A DNA stretch of 56,986 nucleotides, counting the filler, from Sphacelaria rigidula (lineage: Eukaryota), in assembly GCA_964200075.2 (NCBI GenBank). It is 6 parts of 6 records of this genome, joined end to end, with 100 filler letters (N's around TTAATTAATTAA, not from the genome) between each part and the next. Parts side by side here need not be neighbours in the genome. Positions count along the whole stretch, not along the records: positions 1 to 9,416 come from CAXNAA020008555.1; positions 9,517 to 18,931 come from CAXNAA020008556.1; 4 more parts are not named here. One strand, 5' to 3'. Below are positions 1 through 12,572 of the stretch, one piece after another; the stretch's first letter is position 1, and the number at the start of each line of letters is the position of its first letter. Position numbers and translations under genes: made by a program. Below the pieces are notes generated by a model, which did not search any database, was not told where the DNA came from, and saw nothing but the letters and a program-made list of their open reading frames with translations.

Positions 1-129
1 GCATACGGCTAGTCGCTCCATCCCTCTTTCTAGCGGTAATCCCACCACCGCCCACCGCTCCTCTCCCGTCAGTTTTCACATACTCCATCAGTACCCCCCC
101 CCCCCACCCAACCCCGCCGCCCCTGGAAG

Positions 130-1819
130 GACGTTCTCGACGTGGTGCCAAGATTCATGGTCTCCCCGGGGCTGGTCCTCCACGAAGGAGTCACATCGGA
201 CATCGACGCCCGGCATGCCCCCGACGCCTTGATTCTCACAGCCGCTGAAAAAAACATTGATTACTGCACGAGAGCCCTCTTCATCATGACGGACACTGTT
301 GGGGGAAAACGGCGTAGCGACGGCAGCGGCGGTGTTGATGGCGATAGTGGGGACAGTGGTGTTAGTGGTGGCGTTGGAGGCAGTAGTGGCAGGGGAGGAG
401 GGGGGAGGGCACGCGAGGATGCCGAGCACTGGGTTAGACATCGGCGAGATTGGGAAGAAGTCGATGCTTCGGGATTCAGAAGGTGTGTCCAGCCGAGTTA
501 TCGTTTTGTGCTCTTCTTGCATTTATCGCGACGGTTGTGTATTATTTAGGGGATGGTTGTCAAGTGCCGTGTGTAATTTCTTTAAGGTTTCAGCGGTTCA
601 TGCTCTCTGTTCGCATCGATACTATTTTGAATGGTGGCACTTGGGGAGTAGATACCAGATTTCAGTACCGTCTTGTGCTGGCACTACGCATCTACACAAC
701 GTCCTGTACGTACCGGTGTTCTTATACCTAATTAAAAGTGTTATGTGTGTTGAGGAAGTGCAGGGCCACTCTGTGCTATTTCATGCATACAATTTGTTCA
801 TATATTACAAAAGTGTGCCGGCAAAAAGCTAACGCCTGGCTCGTATGGTATTGCAAGTTAATGTTCCGAGTATCGTCATCATCCTATCGACCGCGTTTTC
901 ACGTGTTGAATTCTCACCCACGGCTTGATTTATCACCTGCATATTTTCTTTCCGTCAGCGCCCTGTGCTGAAGAGTTCCGCCCGCATAGCATTCATGTAA
1001 ATTATGTCGTTTTGATATTGCCATGGAGTAAACTATGGTGTGACCTACAATATGCTATCGGTTAGTTGTGGTTACATGCATGGATGGTGTGCGATTTCTA
1101 TACAATGCATAAATTGTGCTAGTATAGCAAAAACGCTCTAGATTAATGCCGAGATAGCCCCCCTCCCAAAAGTGCACCGGAGACCGTCCAACAAACTGGC
1201 TGCGATCCCACTATTGGGCTCGTTTGCAGCACTTTCGCCCACGTGAGAGGTGTGTGGCAGTCAAGAATCAGCTATAATGCCCAAATGAGTCGCGTCGTGC
1301 AGCACGAAACCAGCTCTGACGGCGTTTATGATCATCGCCTCTGTTCACTTTTTTCGCCGGTTCTGGGGGGGGGCTATCTCGGCAGCAGCCTCGACTCATT
1401 GATAGTACTGCCAGTACTGTATGCTTTTCTTCTCTACTGAAACAAATGACAGCATACCATCGTTGGCAACAGCAGGGTTTGATTCCAGGTACATACTCGG
1501 GGTTGCAGACATCTATGCCCCAGCAAGGAAAGGGGATCTTTTGTCAGTCAAAGTGAACAAAAAAATAGACTCCTCATGGACGATATTGACCCGTATTCAT
1601 ATGAGGCTGTGTAAGCGAGGACATTTGAAATTTTGGCCGACCAGTCATGAGCCGTCCTTGTTCCCCGCCGCCCATACACGCGTTAAGGGTAGTATCGTCC
1701 GGTTGTGCTTGTTTCCTATTGCCGTACGTACGATACCTCACTCTGACCTCTCGAGCAAAAGTTTTTTACTGGGTTGGCTCGTCCCCAGGAACGGAAAGGG
1801 TTCAAAGTGCAACATTTAA

Positions 1820-1856
<37 letters not shown>

Positions 1857-4800
1857 CAGACATGCTGCACAGTGTATTCTAATCGTACAAACACTATTAA
1901 TAGCATTTTTCTTTCCTACTCTTTTCAGCACCCCAACAGCGCTTGTACCTTCGACGAATCCTCGTACCTTTCCACGCATGATGCAAACGACCGAGCAGCC
2001 AACGAAAGTGAACATGGGATTGTGAAAACGATAAATGCCTTTTGTTCTCGTATGGGAACGAAAATATTTCGATGGCATTCGGGATTGTGGAAAGTGGTAC
2101 CCCACGACGGCACCTTTGTGGGGCACCATTCTGTTGAACTTGTCGATGGTGTTCGGATTGGTGGGGGATAATACCCCTTGAAGACACCATTGCGGGCACC
2201 GGAGGTTAAAAAACACTTCCTGTGGGGGCTCCAGTTCCCCCAAAGGTATCTCCGAGGAGTACTATTCGAACACCATCGAAATATTCCAAGGATCGGACGA
2301 ATTATTGATTCGTCCGAACACTACTTGATTTTAGTGTAATTGATTCGTACCGTATGGATCAATCCTCAGGGTTTGCTTTCAGCGTTGCAATCCAGGCTCG
2401 CGCAGCTCAGGCCCGTGGAATGGTACAAATATTGCGTGGAGACTTCTTTGATCAGCGGTCAACTTTGTTTTTTCTTTAGAGCAATCAGGTCTGAAAATCG
2501 TGAACTTGATTATTCGAACTGACGATGATTCGTCCGAACCGCGAAAAATCCAACACCAACAGTTCCCTCTAACGTGCCTTGGAGGGGTGTCATCCCCAAC
2601 AAATCCGTACACCATTGAAAACGTTTCGTTCCCGTGAAAAAGAGTTGGTGCCCATTTTTTCAGAATCTCCTGTTAACGTGTGCTTGCGCTGTGGGAGGGT
2701 ATTGTTTACATGATCAACTCGCCGTCAAAGCTAAGACCGTTTTCAACGTGTCGGAATTGATTGGCGAACAAAATGACTTGCAGCATGAGTATCATTTGAT
2801 GGACAAAAAAATGTTGAACCTAAACCGATGACTGGCGAACACACGTCGGTTGCACTGATAGTCCTGCGGAGCGTGTGAAGCACCGAAAAGGGGATCCTGA
2901 AAAACTTGGAAAAACGTTTTTTTTATGGGAACGAATTGAGTCCGGGGTTGAAAATATCACTGCCACTGGTACCCGTCTAACGTAACTTTGAGCTGTTCAA
3001 GGGTAAGGTTGACGGGCATCAGATATGACACTGTCTACAATTCTGACCTCAGTTCGTCCCCGTAGAAAAATCTCCTTCCTAGTTTCCAAGATCCCCTGTT
3101 GTCGCACAGTCTTCGACACATCGTCTACATGTGACAAGAACCCAGGGAGTGCATAACAGAGTGTGATCGGGGCACCTGACACATCGAAGAGTAGGGTGCT
3201 TACTGTGCCAATCCTCTCGTACACCGCACATAGTGAGGGTGCACTTATGATCGTGCATACCGGAATCAGATGACTTTTGGCCTTGCATCCCTACAAAGCA
3301 GGGTCGGAGCACGCCGGGTTTTCGCCGGACTAGTCTCGCTATCACCGATCGCGAAGCGCCGTGATGTGTTGGGCGAGTCGCGTAAAGGGTGGCCGCATCC
3401 TGCTCAGTTTGTTCGGCCCGAAGCGTACTCATTATTATGCATATAAATGACAGCCTCGAATGAGATACTTCATTTTTCTGGTATCACCACTTCCAGACAC
3501 AACTAAGGGTTAGCACCGCCTCATGGGTGTCTCATCATATAAACACTAAGTTATATGAGCTGGGCCGGCCATCAGTGATTTTTGAACGAAGAGTGGAGAT
3601 GCTTTTGGCATTCCGAAGAGTTAGCCGCTGAAATTTTGACAAGACATTTTGATTATCATTCTGCACAACCCTTGGAGGGGTGCAGAGGGAAAAAAAAAAG
3701 AAACGGAAGTTAGAGCGAGTTGAAGTTTCAGCAAAAGCAGGAAAAATGCCAAAACTTCCTCAAAAATTGATCAAAACGATGGCAATTCTGCGGCACATAC
3801 GGGCACTCGCGTCAACCACATCCTTGTAAAATTTTCAGCCAAAAATACGTAAAATTGGGCTTCGAGTGGCATTTTTTGTGTGACCTCGGTGGTCGAACTG
3901 TTACAGCAGCCTCAAATGACACAGGTCACGAATTTGAATCCCGACACGACAAAAATGTTTTTGTGTGCACACTAATCGTACATTCTCTCTCGTACCTCTG
4001 GTTTGCAAAGGGCCTCGATGTTTTGGTGATGGTCTTCCTTTTGGGGGGGGTATAGCGCAGCTTCAAGTAGTACTTCTCCCTCGTGCGGTAATATACGACA
4101 GTTGGCTCGCAAATTCTCTGCCATTTTCGATCTTATGACGCGCTTGGTGTCATCATGCAGCACGACCAATGTGCTCTTGCCTGGGCATGTCAGGTGTGCG
4201 TGTGCCCATGCGGCGCAACGGTCTATCGTAATTCCACCGCATTTTGTGAAACGAAACGTCTCCAGACACGTTATCGCACAAAGAATTGGGACGTACCAGG
4301 TACTCAATGCAGTACAATAACATCGCCGCAAAGAGTGCACCAATCGAGCAGCGGCGGTGCCTTCTATTACCAGATTAGTCTGCAGTTCAGAGCGATATGC
4401 TCAGGTCGTGCTGATTTTAGGAAACTTGAAGAGTTGTGGTGACGACAGAGAATGCTGGGTTTTACTCCCGGCCCAGCTCGTATTATCATCCCCTTTATTT
4501 TCTACCCCCGCACAATATGATCTAACTCGACCACCATCATGACTCCCGTGTAAAAGCGCAACCGAAAAGAAAACCGGTAACCTGGTTGCCTGGATGACGC
4601 AATAAGTGGCGTGGTTTACAGCGTCGTTGCCTAACGACGCCACCCCTCAGGGAGTGGCAAGGGGGGGGGGGGGTGATTCTGTGTGAAGTGACCGTCCTCA
4701 GAGGCATATTGCGACGCGAAAAATTGCATCAAGGACTTTAAACTATCAATACGGGAAATGTTCACAATTCGGTTGTTGGACTGATAACTCCCAGTTTTAC

Positions 4801-5461
4801 ACTAGCGTCATCATCGGATGACCAGCTTGACTTCTGGCCAGCTGTTCCACGTGTATGCGTAAGCTGTGTCTGGGTCTGCACCAATCGCCAGTGCTCTTTC
4901 GGTCTTTTCCGCCACCCGTACATAAAATGAGGCGCCTGGTCGAGCTATGCGAAGAGATAGTGGTTAGTTCCGAAAGGTTTGACTTCAATTATGTAGTTTG
5001 GAGTTGTCCCACACAACCCTTTATAAGCAACGCATGCGTCTAAGGTATAGATTTGTACACGTGTGTCATGAGGATATAAAGTTTCATGTGAAAGCGGAGA
5101 AGAAATTACATTGAACGCATCATGAAAGGCGGTGCTTCTACTTGTGCTGACAATATGTTTCGTGTTTCTTGGTTTCTGGCCGTGCTCGGGTTTTTTGTCC
5201 GTCTTCTACTCGAGTGTTTTGCGGTGGCAAGTGTTTCGGCGTTGATTGATTGATTGATTGATTGATTGATTAATTATCTCACATTAGCTGATTGCAACAA
5301 TCCAGCCCGTGGTCAGGAGCAGCAAAAATATAACAGAATAATAATGAAAATACAATCAAAAAAGAAAGGAACAGAAAAACAACAGAAGCAATGGCCTCAG
5401 AAAGGAAAGAAAGGGGGCAGCGATAACAACAAAAAACAACACCACCACCACCACCACCACC

Positions 5462-5493
<32 letters not shown>

Positions 5494-7177
5494 CAACAAC
5501 AACAACGGCAACAACAAACAAAAACAGGAACAAACAACAGCAGTTACAACAAAATAACGACAAAGACAAACACAAACACAAGCACGAACAAAATAAAAAA
5601 GGATGATCGTGCATTACGTAGCTGATTGCAACACTCCAGCTCGTAATCAGAAACAGAAAGGAGAAACATGAAGAAAAATGAAAGAAAATAAAAAAATAAA
5701 ATGAAAATAGAACGTAAAAAGAAGGGAATACAATAGACAAGAAGATAGAGCCAGGCTCGTTCCGGCAGCGGGGAGGGGAGGGGGGAGGGAAGCACAGGCG
5801 TTCATTTGCTTCCGTCACGTCGATCCTGAGATCACGATCGGATTCGTAGCAGATTAGGTGATGTAAGACAAGCAGTCAATCAATCAGCCATTTCATTTAT
5901 ACGGAGTATTTTATATCAAATTCATACGAAAGGATATCACAAAAACTCAACGCCTATCTTGCACAGTGTTGAATATTTCACGAGAACCTTTGTGATACTC
6001 ATGATATTTCTCGCAACATATATATATATATATATATGGATAATGACCAGATAATTTCCCTCCCACCGCCGCAATTGTGATCGTGAACACGCACAAACAA
6101 GGCTAGCCGTGTACCGCTTGCTGGAGCCTGATGAATACATGAACACGCTAGCGTTCGGGGTGACCAAGCGGGCTGCACTACCCAACACGGCAGCGGTGTG
6201 TGGACGGAGCACGTTTCATTCCGAACAGCGGTGCACGGAGCAGCTTTGCCGAAGGGTGAGCTTTCATTTTAATTATTTTTTCATATTACATTATTCCATC
6301 TCTTGGACGTGTCCCATCGATTGCCACGCACATCCATTATCAGACAGATAATGCAGCAAAATACAATTTAACTTATTGATTTTTTATGTGCCTTCTGACA
6401 AAGTACGACTCAGAACAGGTCTTTAGGAATGGCAATGGTGTTGACTTTCATGAGCTGCTACTTCAAACAACGGGAAACAACTGACGTAGTACGCGGAACA
6501 CTCGACTAAGTCCTAAAAACACCTCTCGAGACGAAAGCATCGTCATATCGTGTTCTCGATATACTAACAGTAATCATCAGAAGGTGTATACTTTGCACAT
6601 TTGTCCTCAACGTTATGTACGATTCATCCTGACGTAGCGCATTTTTGTGTACGCTGTGTCATGCCAAAAATAGTTTTCGCCACTACATATCCGCGAGTGG
6701 TCGTCTGCTGGCAACACATTACTACACGTTACACAACATGATTATTATTTTTCCAGGTAGATTCGCCATGAAGAAACCTCGCCCACTATACTGTAGCCTC
6801 AAGCGATCAAAATCGACGAGGTTTATGTTTTTCAGTGGCCGCTGGTCCCGGGAAAACGGAGGTAAGGTGGATTATGACAGATCATACTATACGACGTGAC
6901 GTTTCAACGTCATGGCTGCGTGTTGCTGTCCGTTGCTTTCGTTTTCTGTCTTTTTTTTTTTTTTTGGGGGGGGGGGTTAAAGAGGACGGCGCGCGACTAC
7001 TCCTACGTAAGCGCTAACGACCAGAATCGAGGACCCAACGACCCCGGCAACTACTCGGTATCATGCAAATACGACCGGATGAAAATGCTCCAGCGAACGG
7101 GACTCGAGCGGTACAATGCCGACATGGCGAGGATAGCGGCGGAGCGCGAAAAACGGGCGAAAGACGCAGCGCTGCAG
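130..7177 (+). CDS. Partial spliced hypothetical protein (three internal exons)
   Basis: Exon ~130-482 (start could be 73): DVLDVVPRFMVSPGLVLHEG...WEEVDASGFR, donor AG|GTGTGT, phase 2. Exon 6102-6255: AAG| g-LAVYRLLEPDEYMNTLAFG...EQLCRR |GTGAG, phase 0. Exon 6983-7177: RTARDYSYVSANDQNRG...EKRAKDAALQ |GTGCAC. Phases are mutually compatible. No domain recognised. Confidence 0.55.
1143..1390 (-). mobile_element. MITE-like element with GCCGAGATAGCC/GGCTATCTCGGC inverted ends (copy 1)
   Basis: Inverted repeats at ~1148 and ~1372. The whole ~245 bp is the reverse complement of ~19620-19870 on another contig. Confidence 0.8.
1819..1842. repeat. (TA)n microsatellite
   Basis: Direct reading. Confidence 0.95.
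2290..2560 (+). repeat. Dispersed repeat (probably a non-autonomous DNA element)
   Basis: Reverse-complement homologues at ~28260-28445 and ~30720-31000. The homology also shows as near-identical spurious ORFs (MIRTVWINPQ... vs MIRTLRINPS...; ...PGLQR twice). Confidence 0.8.
5241..5760 (-). mobile_element. 3' end and low-complexity 3'UTR of an RTE-like LINE with an (ATCA)n tail
   Basis: The minus strand ends GACCACGGGCTGGATTG...TCAGCTAATGTGAGATAATT(AATC)n. This matches the end of the RTE copy at ~16985-17032 (GACCACGGCTGGAT...GACAATCAA). It contains (CAC)n(CAA)n tracts and an internal duplication of the end motif near 5612-5650. Confidence 0.65.
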
Positions 7178-7313
7178 GTGCACATCGAAAACAAAATATT
7201 TGAACAAAAAAAAGCACAGTTATGGGTGCGTCTGACCCTCCAAAATGAGCAAAGAAACTGTAATCGACCAAAGCACGAACAGATCGGAGATCTCGTTCAT
7301 CCCCTGATTATGC

Positions 7314-7388
7314 GGTGCTCCGTCTCGAAAGGGATGCGTGGTCAATGGTCAAATGACTAAGGCAAGCAACAAATGAGTACGCCCCCCC
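7314..7388 (+). mobile_element. 5'-truncated poly(C)-tailed LINE insertion with a 13-bp TSD
   Basis: GGTGCTCCGTCTCGAAAGGGATGCGTGGTCAATGGTCAAATGACTAAGGCAAGCAACAAATGAGTACG-C7, flanked by CCCCTGATTATGC at 7301-7313 and 7385-7397. Confidence 0.9.
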
Positions 7389-7944
7389 TGATTATGCACG
7401 CCGTAAAATCCCCCAAAGTACTTGAGATTAGTGGGGTTTCCACTTGATGGTTTCCCACTTTCGCCGTCCCGGACTACGAACCACGGCGTGCCTCGGCTAC
7501 CCACCGGCGTGTATTTGCCCAAGCTACAATCTGACCGGGTAATTTTACCGAAGAAGTCATATGAGTCCTGATGAAATGAAGAAAATCATTGGGTTAAGTT
7601 GTAGCTGTCGTCTTGGCGCAGATGACGCAAAAAATCGCATCCTAATCGATAGTCTTGGCGATGAGTAATCGGGGCAACAGTTTGGGCTATGAGCGCAAAG
7701 AAGCGCCTCCAACCCTCGCCGGTTTCCACAACACGCGAAAACCTTACCCCTGTCCAACACCCCCGGAATAGATGACACCCATGAATGAGCCGTGATAGTG
7801 CAGATGGTTGATACATCGGATATTTGGAATGTCTAACAGGCGTAGAATTTGAACTTTCGACCGAACCCCCAGAAGCAAGAATCATCTTCGCGACGTCGCA
7901 GCAGCGAAGAGAACAAATAATAACACTAACCCTAACCCTAACAA

Positions 7945-9030
7945 CGACGAAGGCATACCGAGAACCCTCGGGCAAGGGGAGTGCAACGTGTTCCCTAGGC
8001 GGAGGGTGCGTTGCCGGGCCTCAAATCGGCGCCCCAGGCGCCGATTTAGACAAAAATGCGTTCTGGGCACGCTAGGAGCATGCTAGGAGCACAGCCCCCA
8101 TGAACGATCCGGATTTCGGTTTCCACACTAAGATCAAGATAGACCAACTTACCCTCCCGAATGGTGAAGTATACTGCGTCAAGACGACCCCAAAGACAGC
8201 ATAAAGTCGTCGGCCTACTTTCGCTGAAGCCTCATGGCACCGAAGCGCCATTCGTGTCTTTCAGTAGACCCACCCGTCCGAGACACGCGTCTGTTGTACC
8301 GGCACTGGCGGGTGACGGACGGCAGTTTGTTTTCATTCCCTCTTGGAACACAATATCTTTGGAGTCCGGATAACCCCTAGAATATGAGGGCAGTCCATCT
8401 GGATCTTGCATACTTTTTTGAAGTGAAAACTGATGCCGATTAAGCAGGCGACCAACCCTCGCGGTCGAAGGGTTAATATCATATTCATGAAATGAAAAGC
8501 CATGCCCATGGAACAACAAATAAGGCGAGCCATTCATCCGCCAGAAAATGTGGAACGATGGCATCCGATAAATCAAGCTCCTCAAAACATGACGAGGTGG
8601 TCGACCAACACCCGCCAAGCCCACATCATACACCCGGTGACTATTTGTACTTCACTCGTCTGTGTAAAGGCCGTCCTCGTTGAAGTTCAGCAGTACATAT
8701 GGCTCCGTCGCATGTTGAGCACATGATGGTAAAATTTCGATCCGCATCCCCCCCCAAAATGGTTCAGCGTCCTGGTTTCAGTTACCGGTGTTGGGCTACA
8801 AATGTGCATGGTTGATTTTACTTGATTTGAGTGTATACAACGAGAATCGGAATATTAGTAGGGCTGACAGTCCCGTGTGCTCCTCGGGTGCGCAGAGCCC
8901 GTTTTCGTTGAAGTCGGCGCCACAGGCGCCGATTTGCAGGTGCCGATTTGGGGTCTACCAAGGCCTCACTTTGTCCAGGAAATGTGTGTACCGCCCTTGC
9001 CCGAGGGTTCTCGGTGTGCGTTGGGTTGCG
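7945..9030. mobile_element. Element bounded by ~200-bp diverged inverted repeats
   Basis: CCGAGAACCCTCGGGCAAGGG (~7958) has an exact reverse complement CCCTTGCCCGAGGGTTCTCGG (~8994). Similarity continues inward (AATCGGCGCC..GGCGCCGATT blocks) to ~8150/8810. CCCTAA repeats lie just outside the left arm (7921-7942). Confidence 0.6.
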
Positions 9031-9416
9031 TCAACCCAACTTCAACCTAACTAGCCTCCTTGCATTTCAGTACATCGCAAGCGCGGACGAAAAGCGACGC
9101 AGTGGCATGTAATATATGACGAAAAAAAACGGAAATGACGGTAGGGTTCTGATTTTAAAATGCAGTCCACTTTTTCTCGATATGAATTTTGGATCCATGC
9201 CGTTCTCTTCCAATGACGCAAGGCATATTTTATCACACGAGCCTGGACAAGCCCCAGAAATCGGTCTGTTCGTGTATGTTTGTGATTTTGGTCGGTGACA
9301 CTTTTTTCGCCCATTTCGGGGGGCCAGGCGCACCCATAACAGACACTTTCTACGATAGCCCCCCCCAAAACCAGCTAATAGTGTCACGAAAAAAATGGCC
9401 ATACAGCGCCTGAAGT

Positions 9417-9516
9417 NNNNNNNNNNNNNNNNNNNNNNNNNNNNNNNNNNNNNNNNNNNNTTAATTAATTAANNNNNNNNNNNNNNNNNNNNNNNNNNNN
9501 NNNNNNNNNNNNNNNN
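9417..9516. other. Artificial contig-joining spacer (N44-TTAATTAATTAA-N44)
   Basis: Exactly 100 nt with a central palindromic 12-mer giving stops in all six frames. An identical spacer recurs about every 9514 nt. Confidence 0.98.
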
Positions 9517-11241
9517 AAACCTTTTACATATCTTATCCCCGTCCTGTTTCGCCGTCTGTGGCCACCATCTTTCTCCTAGTATAATCATCGTTTTTTTGTT
9601 ACTGTCTGATGCATCAAACGACTTCGTGCCACCTTCGTTATTGTCCCGCATTTCCCCCCCTAGTACGTCCCGTTCCTCCTTTTATGGTTCATATCCTGCC
9701 ACTATATGACTTCTGCTCTCTATTGCCTCGCGACAGGGGCAATTCTGTGCATACACTTCCTCCTCCTTTTGACGACTGGTGAATCTCTCCCTTCTTTGTG
9801 GCAGGCTCAGGTCCCCCACCGGAAATCGCAGTTTCAATTATTTCGCCGCGTCCATTGGGACATGCAAATATATTTTCATCGCTATCCCCTCCCTCAACCC
9901 CTCGTATATCTTCAGGTGTTCTTATTCGTCAACTTTGCGTCTGAGCGCTCCTTTTCCCCTTATTTCGATCATGGCTCTTACTTTGGTCTTGTATCCCGCG
10001 CCTTCACCTATGGACAGTATTTCATCTTGGTTTCCTCCCATCTCCTTCCATACTTTCTCGACTTCGTTATCCCACCTCATTCCAGCCTTCCCTTTCGTAC
10101 TTTTCTTCCATACAGCCTCATCAACTATAGCTGACAATCTCTCTCTCTGCGTGCTCTTCATGTTATGTTGCCTTCGCAATTCCCTCATGTCTGTTAGTCT
10201 TAAGTGAGTACATTCCCAACTCTGCTCTCAATGCTGTATTACTCGTCGTTTTCGAGCATCCAAGTATTTTCTTAGCTGCTGCCATCTGTACTGTTTCCAA
10301 CGTCTTCACCACCTTCACGTTCCCCTCCCATATTCTCCTGCATATTCCAGCGTTGGTACAATCACGTTCCTCAGGATACATCTCTTGATCCTAGTGTCTA
10401 GGAGCGAGTCTCTGAGGATCACGTCCATCCTGCCTGTGCCTCGCCCTTTTCTATTACTTTATTTATGTGTACATCCTAAGAACAGTTATCCAAGATATCT
10501 ACGCCAAGGTATGTATACTGGTCTACGATCGGCAGATCCTCTTCTCCCCACCTCCATTGAACTCGATCGCATTTTCTTATCTTCGTCACAGGCGAGTACC
10601 GCGCATTTGTTAACGCTCGCTGTCACTCTCCATTTCCTAGTGTATTCTAGCGCCTTGTTTATCTGTTTCTGTAATCCTTCTGCTGTTCTTGAAATCCCCA
10701 CAAAATCATCCATGAACATCAATCCTGGTACCATATCTTCACCCACCTTGACTCCTTGCTTTGCTGCTTCTATTACTATTATCAGGTCATGAATAAATAC
10801 CTTGAAAAGAGTGGGTGATAACGTAAATCCTTGTGCAACTCCTGGTAAAATATTTCGATATTTCGATATTTCCCCGTCTAGTATCATGGCACTTGCGGCA
10901 CATTATGTCGTCTTCTTCACCACTCTCCATATATTTCCTCTGATCCTAGTTTCGTACAACTTTTTCCACAACCCATTCCTCCGTACTGGGTCATAAGCCT
11001 TATGCACGTCCAGAAAAAAACAGTATGTTGTCAGCCCGGTGTCTTTCCTACCCTGGAAAATCTTACCTAGTGTGTACATATGGTCTACGCAACTACGGTT
11101 TGGTCTGAATCCTGCTTGCCCCTCGCTGATTTTCTCTTCCTTTTCTAGCATCGTCCCTAGTCTATCATTCAGAATTCTACAGTGTTTTCCCCACCTTGTT
11201 CAGTAGCGTTATCCCCCTATAATTTCCTGGGTCAGCCTTGT
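9517..11241 (-). mobile_element. Degenerate non-LTR retrotransposon ORF2 (reverse transcriptase) of the poly(C)-tailed family
   Basis: RT motifs across frameshifts: KADPGNYRG, GQAGFRPNRSCVDH, FFLDVHKAYDPV, GVAQGFTLSPTLF, LMFMDDFVG. The C-terminal MRDNNEGGTKSFDA...AKQDGDKICKRF is near-identical to 26336-26520. Cut by the contig end. Confidence 0.92.
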
Positions 11242-11769
11242 GGTGGGAGGCAATCTGTGCATATGAGTACTGCTGTTGCTGACCGTGTCGGGCGTGGAAC
11301 TAGACTTGCATAACGTGTCACATTGTTCGAGAGTAAAATACTCCGCAAGACCGCAGCAAAGCGGAGGTTGGCCAATCACCAAAATATTCACGTCAAATCC
11401 GAAACGGCCGTACTATAAGTTGCCACCAGGAGAAAATACCACAACAACCATCCCCGTGGCTGCCAGACGGTCCACACGCCCGTTCCGGAAGTTCTGGTGC
11501 TGTCTATACGGAGACGTTGCCCCCTTGCCAGGTACGCTGGCAAGGATCTGTGGCAGAACCCATTCTCTCGCGAGAAGAGCTTGACCTAGAGCTGTCGAGC
11601 GAGTTGGAGCGGAACGTTGAGCCCACAGCCCTCAGATATATAACGGAACCAAGAGCTGCTTCCTAGCTGTGTTTCATCGAGCGCTCATCCATAACCCGGC
11701 GAAGATTCATGACACGGCTGGCGGGATTGATCGCTGCCTTCGTGCCCGATTATTATCGTATCCCTAATA

Positions 11770-11832
11770 TAATTATAATAATGATAGTAGTAATAATAAT
11801 CATAATCATAATCATAATCATAATCATATTCA
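11770..11832. repeat. (ATA)/(ATAATC)n microsatellite
   Basis: Direct reading. Confidence 0.9.
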
Positions 11833-12572
11833 TAAATGATGGTAATCAGACAGCAGATGTTGAATAGACAGACAAGCGCAATGCTGGTATCCACCGTTTC
11901 AACGTACACCGCGCCGGCAGCGCCTTGCGGCATTGAGCATGTGAGTTTGACACGTAACTGTGGTACTAACCAACTACTCTCTTAGTTTCGCCATCATCAT
12001 TATCACACACGAGGTGCGCCTTGTCTCGACGTCCAACCTTCGAAAATACTACGTCCATATCATGAAAAAGGAATGGCACTGATGAGCCGAAGCTCTCGCT
12101 CAGCGTTTTTGTAAGACGCCTACTACTTTCGATTTTCCCGCTCCCCTTCCTTAAGTATCGTTTTTCTTCTATACGCTTGATCTCGAAGAGAGGGGAACAA
12201 AAAGAGGACCCTTCTGTTGGGTCAGTCACAGCTCATATCTTGGGCTTGAAATATAAATTTTCATTATAACCTATATTCTCCTTATTTTTGTTGGTCATAC
12301 TTTACATCCCTCCTCGGGACGAGTGCCTATTCATGGTAGTCATGAAAGTGTCCCCCCACCGTAGTTCTTTGCAAGTCACCATCGACAGCGCGATCGGCAC
12401 GCTGGCAGTGCCTCAACTTTCTTCATATACTCCGTCCAAAAATCGTAAGCTGTGCCCTTTCCTGTCCTCTGGCACACTCATAGTCCTTCCGGTTGGTGCA
12501 CCGCTCTGCTTGCGTTTCGTTTCCGCTTTATTCGTTCTAAATTTCGTACGTGCGGCTTGTTGCCCTTCAGCC

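Noticed and set aside
88-522. Minus-strand 144-aa ORF
   Set aside because: Probable shadow of the + strand exon, which has a donor site phase-compatible with the next exon.
5266-5625. Poly-His/poly-Gln ORF
   Set aside because: Microsatellite within the low-complexity 3'UTR of a minus-strand RTE-like element.
7921-7942. True telomere
   Set aside because: Only 2-3 hexamers, internal to the contig.
9461-9472. Periodic TTAATTAATTAA palindrome every ~9.5 kb
   Set aside because: Synthetic all-frame stop linker between contigs.
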